This document shows, one piece after another, positions 9,626 through 20,369 of a DNA stretch of 64,000 nt (its first letter is position 1; every line of letters starts with the position of its first letter). A program made the position numbers and the translations under genes. The DNA is from Candidatus Marinacidobacterales bacterium (GTDB lineage: Bacteria; Acidobacteriota; Vicinamibacteria; Marinacidobacterales; SMYC01), in assembly GCA_965224085.1 (NCBI GenBank), contig CBDCYI010000005.1, positions 928,001-992,000 on the forward strand, given 5' to 3'. The notes beneath the pieces were generated by a model. The model searched no databases. It was not told the origin of the DNA and saw only the letters and a list, made by a program, of their open reading frames with translations.

Positions 9626-11521
9626 ATGGCGAAAGAGACCCACCAATTCCAAACCGAAGTCCAACAGCTCCTCGAGCTTTTGATCCACTCTCTGTACTCG
9701 CACAAAGACGTGTTCTTGCGGGAGCTCATCTCGAACGCGTCGGACGCGCTCGACCGGTTGCGGTTCGAAGCTTTGACGAAGCCCGAGCTTCTGGCGGAAG
9801 GCCCTGAGCTCCAGATCCAGCTCGAAGCGGACGCCGAGGCCCGTACGCTCACGATCCACGACAACGGGATCGGGATGAGCCGCAAGGAGTTGATCGACAA
9901 TATCGGGACGATTGCGAAATCGGGCTCGCGCGAGCTCGTGAAGAAGATGAAAAAGGCGACGTCCGGCGATGCCGAGATTGGCGAGCTGATCGGGCAGTTC
10001 GGTGTCGGCTTCTACTCCTCGTTCATGGTGGCAGAGAGAGTCGTCCTCGTCACTCGTCGCGCCGGCAAGAAAAACGCCATCCGCTGGGAGTCCGGGGGGA
10101 AAGGCGACTACACGATCGATCGCGCGGAGCGGGATTCGAGCGGCACGAGCATCACGCTCCATCTGCTGCCCGTCGACCAAGAGCAGGGAGTCGAGGACTT
10201 CGCCGACGAGCACGCGGTCACGAGCATCGTGCACCGCTACTCCGATTTCATCGCCTATCCGATCGTGCTGAAGACCAAAAACGAGGACAAGACGCTCAAC
10301 TCGATGAAGCCCATCTGGGAGCGGCAGGCCTCCGAGGTCACGGATGAGGAATATGCGGAGTTCTACAAACATATCTCGCATGACTGGCGTGAGCCGCTCG
10401 AGCGTATTCTTCAACGGGCGGAAGGAACCATCGAGTACCGGGCGCTCTTGTTCATCCCCAGCGAGGCTCCACTCGACCTCTATTACGTTGGCGCCGAGGC
10501 CGGCCTTCGGCTCTATGTGAAGCGGGTGTCGATTATGGAGCGCTGTGAGGAGCTCCTGCCCCGCTATCTCCGTTTCGTGCGGGGCGTCGTGGATTCGTCA
10601 GATCTGCCGCTCAACGTCTCGCGCGAGATGCTGCAGCACGACCGGCAGATCCGGCAAATCCGCAAAGGCCTGTTGAAGAAAATCCTCGATGCGCTTCAAA
10701 AGATGAAAGCGGACGACGACGAAAAATACTTGAAGTTCTGGGGGCCCTTTGGCCGGTCGCTCAAAGAGGGCGTCTCCGAGGACTCCGACAATCGAGACAA
10801 GTTGACCGAGCTTCTACTGTTTCCTTCCTCCGCCGATTCCGGGAAGCTCACGTCCCTCGCCAACTATGTGTCGCGGATGAAGGACGGCCAGGACTCGATC
10901 TACTACTTGACGGGCGACAGTCAGGATGTGGTCGAGAGCTCACCTCATCTCGAAGCCTTTCGCGAGAAAGGCGTGGAGGTGCTTTATCTTACGGATGCGG
11001 TCGACGAGCTCGTGGTCCAGGCGCTGACGGAGTATGACGGCAAGAAACTGCAATCCGCCGGGAAGGGTGCTGTCGATCTCGGCACCGAAGAAGAAAAAGA
11101 AGAGCAGAAGAAGGAGCTCGACGAGAAAGGCAAAGCTTTCGAGACGCTTCTCGCGCGTACCCAGGAAGCCCTCTCGGATCGTGTGAAAGAGGTACGACTC
11201 TCGACCCGCTTGACCACGTCGCCCGCCTGTCTCGTCAGCGGCGAAGGGGATGTGAGCCCGCGCATCGAGAAATGGCTACGGCAGCAGCAAGGAGATATGC
11301 CGATACAACAGCGCATCCTCGAGCTCAACCCGGGCCACGAGATCATAACGAGGCTCAAAGCGAAGCTCGACGTGCAAGAGAGCTCGGAAACGGTTCCCCA
11401 ATATGCCGAGCTTCTCTACGGATACGCGCTTTTGGCTGAAGGCTCCGAAGTCGCGGACCCGGTGGATTTCGCGCGTCGTTTTGCTGCGCTCATGGAGCGC
11501 GGGCTCAATGCGCCAGATTGA
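9626..11521 (+). CDS. htpG: Chaperone HtpG (Hsp90)
   Basis: FLRELISNASDA, DNGIGM, IGQFGVGFYS, LPLNVSRE. Confidence 0.97.
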   Translation: MAKETHQFQTEVQQLLELLIHSLYSHKDVFLRELISNASDALDRLRFEALTKPELLAEGPELQIQLEADAEARTLTIHDNGIGMSRKELIDNIGTIAKSGSRELVKKMKKATSGDAEIGELIGQFGVGFYSSFMVAERVVLVTRRAGKKNAIRWESGGKGDYTIDRAERDSSGTSITLHLLPVDQEQGVEDFADEHAVTSIVHRYSDFIAYPIVLKTKNEDKTLNSMKPIWERQASEVTDEEYAEFYKHISHDWREPLERILQRAEGTIEYRALLFIPSEAPLDLYYVGAEAGLRLYVKRVSIMERCEELLPRYLRFVRGVVDSSDLPLNVSREMLQHDRQIRQIRKGLLKKILDALQKMKADDDEKYLKFWGPFGRSLKEGVSEDSDNRDKLTELLLFPSSADSGKLTSLANYVSRMKDGQDSIYYLTGDSQDVVESSPHLEAFREKGVEVLYLTDAVDELVVQALTEYDGKKLQSAGKGAVDLGTEEEKEEQKKELDEKGKAFETLLARTQEALSDRVKEVRLSTRLTTSPACLVSGEGDVSPRIEKWLRQQQGDMPIQQRILELNPGHEIITRLKAKLDVQESSETVPQYAELLYGYALLAEGSEVADPVDFARRFAALMERGLNAPD

Positions 11522-12281
11522 GATGGCGGACGATGCGGCGCACTGCCGCGCGCGGCGACACGCGCACCGTTAGCGCCAATAGGCGATTCAACAAACCCGG
11601 GATCGCGACCGCTTGACCGCGCTCCATGGCGCGGTAGCCGATCGCGGCCACCGGGCGCGCATCCTGAAGACCGAAGCGGGCGAGTCGCGAGCCTCCCATG
11701 TTCGCCCGTGCTTGAAACTCCGTCCGGGTCGGGCCGGGGCAAAGAGCGGTCACGGTGACGCCGGTGCCGCGGAGCTCTTCGGTGATCGCTTCCGAGAAGG
11801 AGAGTACGTAGGCTTTGGTCGCGTAATAGACCGCCATGAAGGGGCCGGGCTGGAGGGCGGCGGTCGAGGCGACGTTCAGTATCTGGCCGCGGCCTCGCGC
11901 GATCATGGGCGGAAGCAATCGATGAGTCAGCTCGGTGACTGCCTCGATGTTCAAGCGGAGCATGGAAAGCTGCATGTCGAGATCGGTCTCGTGAAAGGCC
12001 GCGAGATTTCCGAATCCGGCATTATTGACGAGGGTTCCGATCTCGAGCCCGCGCTCCTCGAGCTTCCTTCGTGTTGTCTCCACGGCGTTTCCGGTCGCAA
12101 GATCCTGCACAACGATCTCGACGCTAACGCCGTGTTCGTCATGAAGCGTTTTTCCCAGCGTTTCGAGCTTGTCCGGGCTCCGTGCGAGAAGCACGAGGTC
12201 GCGCCCATTCTCGGCCGAGATGTGAGCGAGTGCTTTTCCGATGCCTGTCGATGCTCCGGTGATGAGCGTGAACCTACCCAT
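11505..12281 (-). CDS. Short-chain dehydrogenase/reductase
   Basis: TGASTGIG, NNAG, YYATK. Confidence 0.92.
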   Translation of the reverse strand: MGRFTLITGASTGIGKALAHISAENGRDLVLLARSPDKLETLGKTLHDEHGVSVEIVVQDLATGNAVETTRRKLEERGLEIGTLVNNAGFGNLAAFHETDLDMQLSMLRLNIEAVTELTHRLLPPMIARGRGQILNVASTAALQPGPFMAVYYATKAYVLSFSEAITEELRGTGVTVTALCPGPTRTEFQARANMGGSRLARFGLQDARPVAAIGYRAMERGQAVAIPGLLNRLLALTVRVSPRAAVRRIVRHLNLAH

Positions 12282-12377
12282 AGCTGGCCCACTATACTCC
12301 GTCCAGCGCGCCCGCTTGTCAGCCCCCGTCCCTCCCGGTAAACTGGTCGACAGCTCACACGCGGCCTGGTTTTTCTA

Positions 12378-12860
12378 ATGGTGATCCGTTGTTCAAATTG
12401 CGAGATCTCGATCCCGGAAGAGGAGCTTCCGCGGATTGGAGACTCCTCGAAGGTTCTCTGTCCTAGCTGTCTCGAGCCGCTCGCGCTGCCCGAGTTAACG
12501 CTCCCCCTTGGTTACGCTGGGAAAACTCTTGCCCCTCCGACGGCCGGGTTGGATGTCGGCCGAAAATATTCGCTCCTGGTTGTAAGCGGCCCGGAAGCGG
12601 GGAAGGTTCTCGATATCACCAAGGCAGAGATCATAATTGGCCGCGACGGTTGCGACCTAGAGCTCGACGATCCTGAGATCTCACGCCGCCACGCGCTCGT
12701 CTCCATCGAGGGTGCGCGTGCGCGTCTTCGGGATTTGCGCAGCACCAACGGGACATTCGTCGCCGAAAAGCCGATTGAAGAGACGATGCTCGAAAATAGC
12801 GACCAATTCCGCGTGGGTAGTCACGAGGTAGCGCTCGTCGTCACCGAGAACGACGCCTAG
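12378..12860 (+). CDS. Zinc-ribbon plus FHA domain protein
   Basis: CSNC...CPSC; IGR, SRRHA, STNGT FHA motifs. Confidence 0.85.
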   Translation: MVIRCSNCEISIPEEELPRIGDSSKVLCPSCLEPLALPELTLPLGYAGKTLAPPTAGLDVGRKYSLLVVSGPEAGKVLDITKAEIIIGRDGCDLELDDPEISRRHALVSIEGARARLRDLRSTNGTFVAEKPIEETMLENSDQFRVGSHEVALVVTENDA

Positions 12861-12913
12861 CCCGTTTCTCGGTATAATACGGTCCCTTTGGACTCCATTC
12901 TTAATGGCGGACG

Positions 12914-14983
12914 ATGAGCTATCCCTATAGAAATAAAGAAATTAGCTGGCTTTCCTTCAATGCCAGAGTGCTCCAGGAGGCGAGCGATCAGAGCGTCCCG
13001 CTCATCGAACGGCTACGTTTTCTCGGGATCCACTCCTCGAATCAAGACGAGTTCTTTCGCGTGCGCGTCGCCACGTTGCATCGTCTCGCGCGGCTCGGAA
13101 AGAAGGGTAAGAAGCTTCTCGGCCACGATCCACGCGGAGTCATCGCCGAGATCAAAGACATCGTCTCGAGGCAACAGGAGGTGTTTCAGGGCATCTACGA
13201 GCAGCTGCTCGATGAGCTCGTTGCCGATGGGATCCACGTCGTTGACGAGACGTCCTTGACGGCTGAGCAAGGCCGCTTCGTCGAAACCTATTTTCGCCAG
13301 GAGGTCCGCTCGAAGCTCACACCGCTGATGGTCAGCAAAAACTCGAAATTTCCGGAGCTCAGGGACAAGTCGATCTATCTCGCGACACGTTTGCGCAACC
13401 GGCAAGGAAAAAGCGATCGCTTTGCGCTCATCGAGGTACCGACGGATGCGCTCCCGCGTTTTCTCAGCTTGCCGCGCCTCGAGCGACGGCAATACGTCAT
13501 CCTTCTGGAGAACGTGATTCGCTACAACTTGAAGGACATTTTCTCGCTCTTTAAGTTCGAATCCATCGAGTCGCACCTTATCAAGCTGACGCGGGATGCC
13601 GAACTCGACATCGATGAGGACGTGACCGAAAGCTACTTGCGAAAAGTCATGAAGAGCGTCAAGCACCGGAAGGAGGGAAGTCCTGTCCGATTCGTCTATG
13701 ACCGCGAGATCTCGGACGAGCTTCTCGAGCTCATCAAGCGCAAGCTGCGCATTCGCGGCGAGGACAGCATGGCGCCAGGCGGGAGGACGCACAATTTCAA
13801 GGACTTCATCGACTTCCCGAAGATTGGCGAAAGCTCGCTCCTCTATCCGAAATTGGATTCCGTGCCTGTGGCGCCCATCGACCGCGCGCGCGGTATCTTT
13901 TCGGTCATGCGCACCCAGGAGATTCTTTTGCATTTCCCTTATCAATCTTTCGACTACGTGATCGACCTTCTGCGCGAGGCCGCCATCGATCCCAAAGTCG
14001 CCGAGATCAAGGTCACGCTGTACCGGGTGGCCCGCCACTCCGGCGTCGCTAATGCGCTCATCAATGCCGTCCGTAACGGCAAGGCGGTTACGGTGATCAT
14101 CGAGCTGCAGGCACGTTTCGACGAGGAGACCAACGTCGCGCTCGCGAATCAGCTTCAAGAAGAAGGCGCGCAAGTTATCTTTGGCGTCCCGACGCTGAAA
14201 GTGCACGCGAAGATCGGCCTCATCACGCGGCGAGAGAAAGGCAAACTTTCTCGCTACGCTTTTCTCGGAACGGGCAACTTGAACGAGGATACGGGCAAGC
14301 TCTACACCGACCATTGCCTCTTCACCACCGATAAGAGGCTGACGCGCGAAGTCGATGCGGTATTCGACTTTCTCCAGGACAACTACCGCGTCTCGTCTTT
14401 CAAGCATCTGCTCGTCGCACCCTTCACGTTCCGGAAGAGGCTCGTCGAGCTCGTGCAGCAGGAAATCGAAAACGCGAAAAACGGTATTGATTCGGCCATC
14501 GACCTCAAAGTCAATAACGTCACCGACCCCGGCATGATGGCGCTTCTTTACGACGCTGCGAACGCGGGAGTGAAAGTGCGTCTCAATGTACGGGGCATGT
14601 ATTCTTTGCTACCCAAGGCCAACGAGCGGCCCGAGAATCTCGAGGCGATAGGGATCATCGATCGTTACCTAGAGCACACGCGGATCTTCGTCTTCGCCCA
14701 TGGTGGTGAGCGGAAAGTGTTTCTTTCGTCCGGCGACTGGATGACGCGCAGTTTGGATCGCCGGGTCGAGGTAAGCTTTCCCATCTACGACCCTCGTATT
14801 CAGCAACAGCTCATCGACCTCTTGGACATCCAGTGGCGGGACAACGTCAAGGCTCGTGTTCTCGAAGATCTTTCTAACCGGTATCGGCCGAGAGTCGGTA
14901 AGGCCGTCCGGGCCCAGACGGCTTTCTACGAGCGGCTCCGCGGCCGCGCGGGCGACGAGTCCGAAGACAAAGCTTCCGCCTAA
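12914..14983 (+). CDS. ppk1: Polyphosphate kinase 1
   Basis: EISWLSFNARVL, LLHFPYQSF, ELQARFDEE, KVHAK, DRYLEHTR. Confidence 0.97.
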   Translation: MSYPYRNKEISWLSFNARVLQEASDQSVPLIERLRFLGIHSSNQDEFFRVRVATLHRLARLGKKGKKLLGHDPRGVIAEIKDIVSRQQEVFQGIYEQLLDELVADGIHVVDETSLTAEQGRFVETYFRQEVRSKLTPLMVSKNSKFPELRDKSIYLATRLRNRQGKSDRFALIEVPTDALPRFLSLPRLERRQYVILLENVIRYNLKDIFSLFKFESIESHLIKLTRDAELDIDEDVTESYLRKVMKSVKHRKEGSPVRFVYDREISDELLELIKRKLRIRGEDSMAPGGRTHNFKDFIDFPKIGESSLLYPKLDSVPVAPIDRARGIFSVMRTQEILLHFPYQSFDYVIDLLREAAIDPKVAEIKVTLYRVARHSGVANALINAVRNGKAVTVIIELQARFDEETNVALANQLQEEGAQVIFGVPTLKVHAKIGLITRREKGKLSRYAFLGTGNLNEDTGKLYTDHCLFTTDKRLTREVDAVFDFLQDNYRVSSFKHLLVAPFTFRKRLVELVQQEIENAKNGIDSAIDLKVNNVTDPGMMALLYDAANAGVKVRLNVRGMYSLLPKANERPENLEAIGIIDRYLEHTRIFVFAHGGERKVFLSSGDWMTRSLDRRVEVSFPIYDPRIQQQLIDLLDIQWRDNVKARVLEDLSNRYRPRVGKAVRAQTAFYERLRGRAGDESEDKASA

Positions 14984-15011
14984 GGGTTAGCGCCCATTGT
15001 GGAGGAAAAGC

Positions 15012-16553
15012 ATGCGCGCTATAGCGTTCGTCTGTTGTTTCGCCATCGCGTCGTTCGCGTCGTTCTCAACCGGCTCAACCGGCGCAGCCGGCGCAGCCGG
15101 CGCAGCCGGCGCAGCCGGCCAGCCGCTCGCTGATTTCGACGCCTATGTGCAACGGGCCGTGGCCGACTGGGACGTCACGGGCCTCGCCGTGGCCGTGGTC
15201 AAGGACGGAGACGTCCTCTTCGCGAAAGGCTACGGTATCCGCGAGCTCGGCAGTGGGGTGAAGGTCGACGAGCACACGCTGTTTGCCATCGGCTCCACGA
15301 CCAAAGCGATGACCGCGGCTGCCATCGGTATGCTCGTCGACGAAGGCAAGCTCGATTGGGACGATCCTGTCACGGACCACTTGCGGGAATTCCGGCTCTA
15401 CGATCCTTTCGTCACGAGGGAAATCACTATTCGCGACCTCTTGACGCATCGCGCAGGCCTTCCCAACGCGGATTTTCTCTGGTACGGCCAGGATCGCGAG
15501 TCCGACGACATCCTCTTCCGCATGCGCTATGTCGAGCCCGAGACTTTGCTCCGGTCGTCCTTTACGTATCAGAACATCATGTATGCCGCGGCGGGCGAGG
15601 TCGTGGCCGAGCTCAGCGGGATGAGTTGGGACGCCTTCATCCAGAAGCGCATCTTCGAGCCGCTCGAGATGAACGGGTCGATCGCCTCCGCGGCGACCCT
15701 CGACGCGCAGCCGAACGTTGCACGGCCGCACTATCGTGTCGACGGCGCCACCCGGGTCATCGAGAACGCGAGCGTGGACGCGATCGCGCCGGCGGGCTCG
15801 GTGTGGTCCAGCGTCTTCGATATGGCTCAATGGATGCGGTTTCTGCTCGAAGGCACGACACGGGACGGGACAGAGCTCTTGTCGAAGGAGACCCTCGAGG
15901 AGCTCTTCACGCCGCAGACACTGGTGGACCCAGAGGAGTTCTACCCCACGCAGCCGGTAACGAACCCCCACTGGATGACCTACGGTCTGGGCTGGTTCCA
16001 ACATGACTATCACGGAAGGGCGGTTGACTTTCATACCGGTAGCATCGACGGGATGGTCGCCATCCACGGTCTGATCCGTGACGAGCGGCTCGGCGTCTAC
16101 GTACTCGGGAATCTGGACCACGCGGAGATCCGGCACGCGCTGATGTATCACGTGTTCGATCGTTTCGGGGAAGGCTCGAACCGAGACTGGAGTGCTGCGC
16201 TCAAAGCTCTCTATGACGAGCTGAGTCGGAACGCGGACCTACGCCAGAGCGAAGCTAAAAAGACGCGCGGCGGCGGCACTACGCCAGCGCTCGCGCTCGA
16301 GCGCTACACGGGGACCTATGCTGACGAGCTCTACGGTGCCGTCCAGATTACGGGCGATGGGGATGGTCTACGTTTGTTTTACGGGTCTGGCCTGAAGGGT
16401 GAGCTCGAGCATTGGCACTACGACGTGTTTCGGGTGCACTTCGATGCGGCGTGGCGGGGGTCGACTCTGGTGAGCTTCGAGCTCGATCGAAAAGGGGAGG
16501 TAGCTGCGCTTTCGATGGGCGATGCTTCTTTCGCGCGTAAAGCGAAGAAGTGA
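15012..16553 (+). CDS. Secreted serine hydrolase (beta-lactamase family) with C-terminal DUF3471-like domain
   Basis: Signal peptide, SxxK (STTK), LLTH, YQN, HTG. Confidence 0.88.
   Translation: MRAIAFVCCFAIASFASFSTGSTGAAGAAGAAGAAGQPLADFDAYVQRAVADWDVTGLAVAVVKDGDVLFAKGYGIRELGSGVKVDEHTLFAIGSTTKAMTAAAIGMLVDEGKLDWDDPVTDHLREFRLYDPFVTREITIRDLLTHRAGLPNADFLWYGQDRESDDILFRMRYVEPETLLRSSFTYQNIMYAAAGEVVAELSGMSWDAFIQKRIFEPLEMNGSIASAATLDAQPNVARPHYRVDGATRVIENASVDAIAPAGSVWSSVFDMAQWMRFLLEGTTRDGTELLSKETLEELFTPQTLVDPEEFYPTQPVTNPHWMTYGLGWFQHDYHGRAVDFHTGSIDGMVAIHGLIRDERLGVYVLGNLDHAEIRHALMYHVFDRFGEGSNRDWSAALKALYDELSRNADLRQSEAKKTRGGGTTPALALERYTGTYADELYGAVQITGDGDGLRLFYGSGLKGELEHWHYDVFRVHFDAAWRGSTLVSFELDRKGEVAALSMGDASFARKAKK
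15065..15119 (+). repeat. In-frame 9-bp tandem repeat (CCGGCGCAG x4, preceded by CTCAACCGG x2)
   Basis: Encodes STGSTGAAGAAGAAGAAG after the signal peptide. Confidence 0.85.
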
Positions 16554-16557
16554 CCGG

Positions 16558-16767
16558 TCACGTCCGGGCTTTAGCGCGCTCTATCGCTTCGGTCACCCGC
16601 TCTTGGTGACGCTGCTTTATCGCTTGGAGAAGCTTGGGATATTCGCGGCGAACTCGTTGAGCTCGTCGCGGCCGATGCGAGAAGCTCGCTATCCTGTAGT
16701 CGGCTTGAAGCCGCGCAAGCTCTTGCTTCGGGTTGCGGGAGACAGACTTCGAGAGAGATTTGAACAT
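16558..16767 (-). CDS. Small basic hypothetical protein
   Basis: ORF only; fills the gap between two plus-strand genes. Confidence 0.3.
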   Translation of the reverse strand: MFKSLSKSVSRNPKQELARLQADYRIASFSHRPRRAQRVRREYPKLLQAIKQRHQERVTEAIERAKART

Positions 16768-16916
16768 CGAGGCCTCGATTGTTGGGTTGTGCCATCAGGA
16801 TCGCAACGCGTCGAGCTTTTATCAACGGGAACGCACCGCGATTTGGAACACTGTTTGCGGATTCAGTAGTAGCGCCTTTTCCAAAAGAGCGGTAGGCTAG
16901 TCAGAACGAGGGCAGA

Positions 16917-17475
16917 ATGTTGAAGAAGATCGTTGTTGTTTCGGCGGTTCTGTTGGTGGTGGTTGCGTTTTTGTTGATGCGGGACTACGACTCTCCTGAG
17001 CTTGGGCAGGCGCTATTGGATGAGGTCGGTGACGCCACCGGTATCGAGATGACTGCGACCGGGTTTCGATTTAGTCTTTTTAGCGGCGTCGAGCTCGACA
17101 ATGTGACGGCGACGTCCGAGAGCGAAGGGCGGAGTTTTGATTTTTCGCTCGATCAGCTGGTATTTGAGCATCGCCTTGGGCCGCTTCTTTCGGGTACGGT
17201 TGCTATCGATCGGATCGTGCTTGACCGTCCGCAATTCGAGCTTGTCGAAGCTTCGAGCTCTCCTGGCACTGAAGGCGAAGTTGAAGATGAAGCTAGAGTT
17301 GAAGGTGAGAGTGAGTCGGGCGAAGACGCGGGCGGGGCTGGGCTTGCTTTGGAGGTTTCTCGGATTCTTGTTCGCGACGGCACCATCGTTATAAAGTCGG
17401 AGGATGGCTCGTCGGAGACCCGTGTGGAGGGGCTAGATTTTGCGATGGAGAATCTAGCCTTCGACCCGACTGCAG
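16917..17475 (+). pseudogene. AsmA-family protein truncated by IS6
   Basis: N-terminal TM anchor, LGPLLSG..AIDRIVLDRP; reading frame runs into the IS6 end. Confidence 0.7.
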
Positions 17476-18281
17476 GGTATTGTCAAGTTGACGTTGAGCG
17501 AGCGAACCTATTGCGTCGAGCTGATTTCCTTTGCTCTCATCGGACGGCACAGGTTACCTCCTGCCAGACGATGAAAGCGCGGTCTCGTAGCTCCCGATGA
17601 TGATGCGCTTGCAACAAATGCCGTCCGACGCGAAAGAGGTTTTGCACGAGTCCATGCACGGTCAAGAATCGTTGCGCCTGCCCAGGAGTTTTAAACTTCC
17701 GCATCTGTCGTTCCCGTTGTCGCGTCGGTTCGTGCGAGACTTCGGTTAGGTTGTTTCTGTACTGGTCAGTGTCGTGGACGACGGACGGCATGACCTCGCG
17801 GTGAGCGGCGCTGTAGCTTCTCAGTTTGTCGGTGACCAGCTGCCAGGGCGGACGGCCTTGCCCTTTCAACAGCTTGCGGAAGAATCGTTTGGCGGCTTTC
17901 TGATCACGGCGAGGCTGGACGAGGATATCAATCACATCACCATCTTGGTCTACCGCGCGCCAGAGGTATTGGCGTTCGCCTTGTATCTTTATGAAGACCT
18001 CGTCCAGGTGCCACGTGTCACCAAGGCGACCCTGCCGACGCTTCAGTCGCCGAGCGTATTCCGGCCCGAACTTGATGCACCAAAGTCGGATCGCTTCGTA
18101 GGAAACCGTGATGCCTCGCTGAGCAAGCAGCTCTTCGACGTTTCGAAAGCTCACGCAGAATCGGTGGTAGAGCCAGACGGCGTGGCTGATGATTTCCGGT
18201 GGAAATCGATAGCCGTGGTAGCTTGGCGCATCGGTCTTCATTGGACCATTCTGTCAGTCACCAGCTCAATTTGACAGCAAT
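17476..18281 (-). mobile_element. IS6-family insertion sequence
   Basis: Imperfect inverted repeats GGTATTGTCAAGTTGA / TCAATTTGACAGCAAT around the transposase. Confidence 0.75.
17537..18241 (-). CDS. IS6 family transposase
   Basis: YHGYRFPPEII..AVWLY, WHLDEV, YLWRAVD, VTDKL..Y, NNLTE.SH. Confidence 0.93.
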   Translation of the reverse strand: MKTDAPSYHGYRFPPEIISHAVWLYHRFCVSFRNVEELLAQRGITVSYEAIRLWCIKFGPEYARRLKRRQGRLGDTWHLDEVFIKIQGERQYLWRAVDQDGDVIDILVQPRRDQKAAKRFFRKLLKGQGRPPWQLVTDKLRSYSAAHREVMPSVVHDTDQYRNNLTEVSHEPTRQRERQMRKFKTPGQAQRFLTVHGLVQNLFRVGRHLLQAHHHRELRDRAFIVWQEVTCAVR

Positions 18282-18329
18282 GGCATCGCCCGGGCGGGCG
18301 AAGGTAATCGGAGACTGACCCTTTGAGAT

Positions 18330-18526
18330 CTGTGGGAGGAAGTAGACTCCGATCGAGTGCAGCCGGGAGTCAAGGCCGAAGGTACGATGGTGCTCAGTGC
18401 CCGTTTGACAGCAAGGTCTGGAGGGTTAGCGGGAGTATCCGTGGTGGCATGTCGCGAGGCATGACCCCGTTCGAAAGAATGTTTTGAATCGCCCCTCTCT
18501 CCTGGTTGCGCCGAAAGGAGCGAGAA
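18330..18526 (+). ncRNA. IS110 left non-coding end, candidate bridge RNA; boundaries approximate
   Basis: About 200-nt non-coding leader of the IS110 gene with stem-forming segments (GACTCC...GGAGTC; GCATG..GCATG). Confidence 0.4.
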
Positions 18527-19977
18527 ATGGCACGTCGCGTCAGGACAAAAAGCAGTCGTCAAGCAAGACGGAAAAAATTGGAGCACGAGCTCGACACGGT
18601 AAATCTAGATGCTGCAGGGATTGATATTGGAGCGGAGTCAATCGTGGCGGCAGTCCCGAAGGGGCGCACTCCTGAGGGCGAACATGTCCGCACGTTTCAG
18701 AGCTTTGTATGCTCGCTGCGAGAGCTGGCCAATTGGCTGAAGGCGTGCGGCGTGTGCACGGTGGCGATGGAGTCGACCGGAGTTTATTGGATTCCACTGT
18801 ACGAGTTGTTGGAAGACGAGGGATTTGAAGTCTATCTGGTCGATGCTCGCAAAGTGAAAAACGTATCTGGGCGCAAGTCAGACGTGTCGGATGCGGAGTG
18901 GCTGCAACAGCTGCATACATTCGGGCTACTCCCAAAAACCTTTCGGCCGGAATCGGCGATTTGCGAGCTAAGGGCATACACCCGCCAACGAAGCTCGCTG
19001 GTGGAGTCAGCGGCTCGCCACATTCAGCATATGCACAAAGCGCTCAACCAAATGGGGCTCCAGCTACAACACGTCCTGCGCGACGTGACCGGAGTCACCG
19101 GCCTTGCGATCATCCGAGCGATCTTGAGAGGAGAGCGAGATCCTCGTGACCTAGCAAAACTGAGGCATGAACGTTGCCACAACGATGAGGCCACGATCGC
19201 GAAAGCCTTAGAAGGTAACTATCGGAGCGAGCATGTTTTCGCTCTTCAACAGTCGGTGGAGTTGTACGATTTCTATCAAGAGAAAATGGAAGACTGTGAC
19301 AAGCGGATCGAGAGATGCCTGTCCAAATTGGAGACCCGGCCTCAGGACGCTCGGCCTAAGCCGAAACCACGGACACGGCGAGCGCGTAGCGGCAACGGGC
19401 CGCGCTTTCCGCTCGCTGAGTCTCTATTGGGACTCACGGGGGTGGACCTAACCAGGGTTCCCGGCTTAGGTAGCTATGCCGTTCTGCAGCTCGTAGGAGA
19501 AACCGGTTGCGACATGAGCCCGTGGAAAAGTGACAAGCACTTCACCTCATGGCTAGCTCTCGCACCGAATAATAAGGAGTCCGCTGGTCGATACCCAAAC
19601 CGCGCTCGGCGCTGCGACATGAGCCCGTGGAAAAGTGACAAGCACTTCACCTCATCTTTCGCCGGGCCACCCCAATGAGCTCCAGTCGTGCTGCAAAACT
19701 CTTTCGCCTCGCCGCGTGCGCTGTCCGCAATACCCAAACCGCGCTCGGCGCTTTCTATCGACGAATCCGATCGCGACGAGGTGCTCCAAAGGCCATCACA
19801 GCTACCGCCCGTAAAATAGCGACCATCTACTTCCGCATGCTTGCGACTGGAGAGGAGTTCATTGAGCTCGGTCAGGACGCCTATGAAAGGCAATACCAGC
19901 AACGCCTCCTGAGTAATCTCCGACGCAAAGCTACCCGACTCGGCTTCAGCCTCGTTCCCGATCAATCCATATCATGA
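18527..19977 (+). pseudogene. IS110 family recombinase/transposase disrupted by a 65-bp insertion
   Basis: AAGIDIG, MESTG.YW, RKSDVSDA (DEDD), NKESAG, KAITATARKIA; frame restored if 19591-19655 is removed. Confidence 0.88.
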
Positions 19978-20013
19978 AAAATGCCTTCGGCCGGGAGTGT
20001 CAGTCGAAAGTAC

Positions 20014-20148
20014 CGTGCCGAGCAGTTCGCGCCACACCTCAGGCGCTTCGAGCACCAATCCCACATCGTGTTTTACACTCCGGAAGACTGGGGCGTGCTA
20101 ATCGTGCGTGTGCTTCACAAGAAAATGGACGTCCCAAGACATTTCTAG
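20014..20148 (+). pseudogene. C-terminal remnant of a ParE-family toxin
   Basis: Frame reads RAEQFAPHLRRFEHQSHIVFYTPEDWGVLIVRVLHKKMDVPRHF*. Confidence 0.6.
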
Positions 20149-20369
20149 CGGGCGCCACCTTGTAAGAAATCACACTAAACGTGATCCACCGCGATGAAAT
20201 ATCATTTGTGTCCCTGTGACCGGTTGCCCCACCCGGCGAAGGTCGAGGCGAGGAACTGCCATAGGTAAAGCTGCGTCGGCTGCAATCTAGCCGTTCGGGA
20301 CGGCAGCGCTATCTTTTTACTTCAGCAAGACGCTACCCTTCGAGGTGCTGCTTCGTGTCGGCTGAGTTT

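Noticed and set aside
13013-14407. Long antisense ORFs (this 464-aa one; also 27574-28971, 29014-30231, 51160-52575, 57099-58415, 46052-47263)
   Set aside because: Shadow frames of well-supported genes in GC-rich DNA, with no recognisable motifs
15065-15119. 9-bp repeat as a phase-variation switch
   Set aside because: Unit length is a multiple of three, so it only changes a linker length
19508-19655. 43-bp direct repeat as a DGR template/variable pair
   Set aside because: The copies are identical with no adenine-specific differences, and no intact RT is nearby
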